The notes under the pieces were generated by a model. The model saw nothing but the letters and a program-made list of their open reading frames with translations. It ran no database searches and was not told the DNA's origin. From positions 1-26,823 of IMG/VR virus record IMGVR_UViG_3300034151_000038: 26,823 nucleotides of DNA; one strand, given 5' to 3'. The translations under genes were made by a program, and so were the position numbers. The DNA is from a virus. Taxonomy: Duplodnaviria > Caudoviricetes. Positions 25,667 to 26,823 of the stretch are shown here, piece by piece (within the stretch, counting starts at the first letter, position 1; every line of letters begins with the position of its first letter).

Positions 25667-26035
25667 TTAATCCTCTGGTTTCCAGTCACGGAGGGGCTTC
25701 AAGGGGCCTTGCGGATCAAAAATTTTGGCTTCCCATTCAACAGTAGGGTTTGCGCGCTGTGCCTTCAAAATCTCGCGCACCATCGTCGCAAAAGCCTCAC
25801 GATCCGCCATATCGATTTCGTACGGAGAGGGCGTCGAGTGGATCGCAGCGTCAATCATTGCATCTGTAATGATGTCCGCCCGCTCCAGTGCAGCGGCTTC
25901 GATCAGGGGAGTAACGGCGGCGAGAATGGCACTAGCCATTTGGTGGTAGGTTTTCCACACAGGCGCGTCGTAAATATTGGCATCTCGCAGCGCCCGTGCC
26001 GCAGCTTCTATGATGGCTGGAGGAAAGTGGCTCAT
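25667..26035 (-). CDS. Hypothetical early protein, partly paralogous to the downstream gene
   Basis: IEAAARAL, IEAAALERA, ITDAMIDAA motifs; coupled to upstream gene. Confidence 0.7.
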   Translation of the reverse strand: MSHFPPAIIEAAARALRDANIYDAPVWKTYHQMASAILAAVTPLIEAAALERADIITDAMIDAAIHSTPSPYEIDMADREAFATMVREILKAQRANPTVEWEAKIFDPQGPLKPLRDWKPED

Positions 26036-26823
26036 TATTCGTCTTCCGCCTCTTTGGCATCGTCGAAGCTCTGCAAGTAGACGGCGCGCTCGGCTTCGCT
26101 GAGCGATGTCGGCGCCATGCGGCGGATGCCTTTGGCGGCATCGGCGCGGGCACGGGCGCGGACTGACTCGATGTGCTCGAATTCGGCTGCGGACTGTGCG
26201 TTGTTCACTTTCCGCGGGTCGGGCTCGTCGAAGGCGTCGGGGCCAACGTCGAGCGTCACGTGTTTGTCAGCGAATGCGTCCATCTGCCCGGCGAGCTCGT
26301 CGGGTATCGGCTGCGCGCGAACTTCCTCCCAATTCCCAGGCTCGGCCTCCGCCAATGCCTCGGTCATGGCGTTGTTGGCGTCGATCGCTTGCTTCGCCAG
26401 CATGTCCAGTTTCTCGCCGATCGTCTTCGGCGGCGTGACATCCCTGGCGCGGTCGGGGCCGATGCGCGGACTGTCCTCGAGCTCGTCGCGGGCATAGATG
26501 CCGAGCAGCACGTCGGGGAAATGCCGGCGGCAGAGCGCGCGGGCGCTGTAGTAGTAATGCTGCTGATCGGGATCGCTCTTCCATAGCGGGCTGTTCTTCG
26601 GCGTGATGTCGCCAAAGGGTGGCGACGTATAGTCGACGAGCTCGCCGTCCTTCAGCTCGGCCGAGACGTGGCAGACGCGGGCGGCGCCTTCGCCGCGATA
26701 GTGAACTCGCAATCGGCCTTTGATCGGCGCGCGCTGCAGGATGACGGCTTGGATGAGCTGCGATTCAAAGGCGAGCCGGTCGTTCACCGCGTACGATTTA
26801 TTTGCGACGGCATAAGGTGACAA
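26035..26823 (-). CDS. recT: RecT-family ssDNA annealing protein (start outside window)
   Basis: PYAVANKSY, NSPLWKSDPDQQ, RRHFPDVLLGIYARDEL, acidic tail. Confidence 0.8.
   Translation of the reverse strand: MSPYAVANKSYAVNDRLAFESQLIQAVILQRAPIKGRLRVHYRGEGAARVCHVSAELKDGELVDYTSPPFGDITPKNSPLWKSDPDQQHYYYSARALCRRHFPDVLLGIYARDELEDSPRIGPDRARDVTPPKTIGEKLDMLAKQAIDANNAMTEALAEAEPGNWEEVRAQPIPDELAGQMDAFADKHVTLDVGPDAFDEPDPRKVNNAQSAAEFEHIESVRARARADAAKGIRRMAPTSLSEAERAVYLQSFDDAKEAEDE

Overview
This GC-rich window is most of the late operon of a temperate HK97-fold tailed phage, probably alphaproteobacterial (inferred from gene families), followed by its integration/early arm on the opposite strand. The + strand order is: membrane protein, probable cos site, terminase large subunit, small protein, fused prohead protease-major capsid, small protein, portal, four head-region accessory genes (collagen-like, ConA/LamG-like, beta-helix spike, small repeat protein), neck genes, tail tube, tail chaperone with a G GGA AAC -1 frameshift, an inserted zinc-finger/repeat/HNH endonuclease, a short tape measure, baseplate/tip genes and two more beta-helix spikes. 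The - strand carries a RecT-like gene (partial), two related small genes, xis, a tyrosine integrase and a complete tRNA-Val(CAC) in the probable attP, followed by a truncated HNH remnant. Best leads: (1) a candidate two-part docking code (acidic triple LLLE[D/E] peptide plus an ISELPLR N-terminal module) that occurs once in the head region and once at the tail; (2) a two-state RNA leader upstream of the HNH gene; (3) a full tRNA plus HNH remnant flanked by repeats in attP. All calls come from reading motifs by eye; no searches were run.
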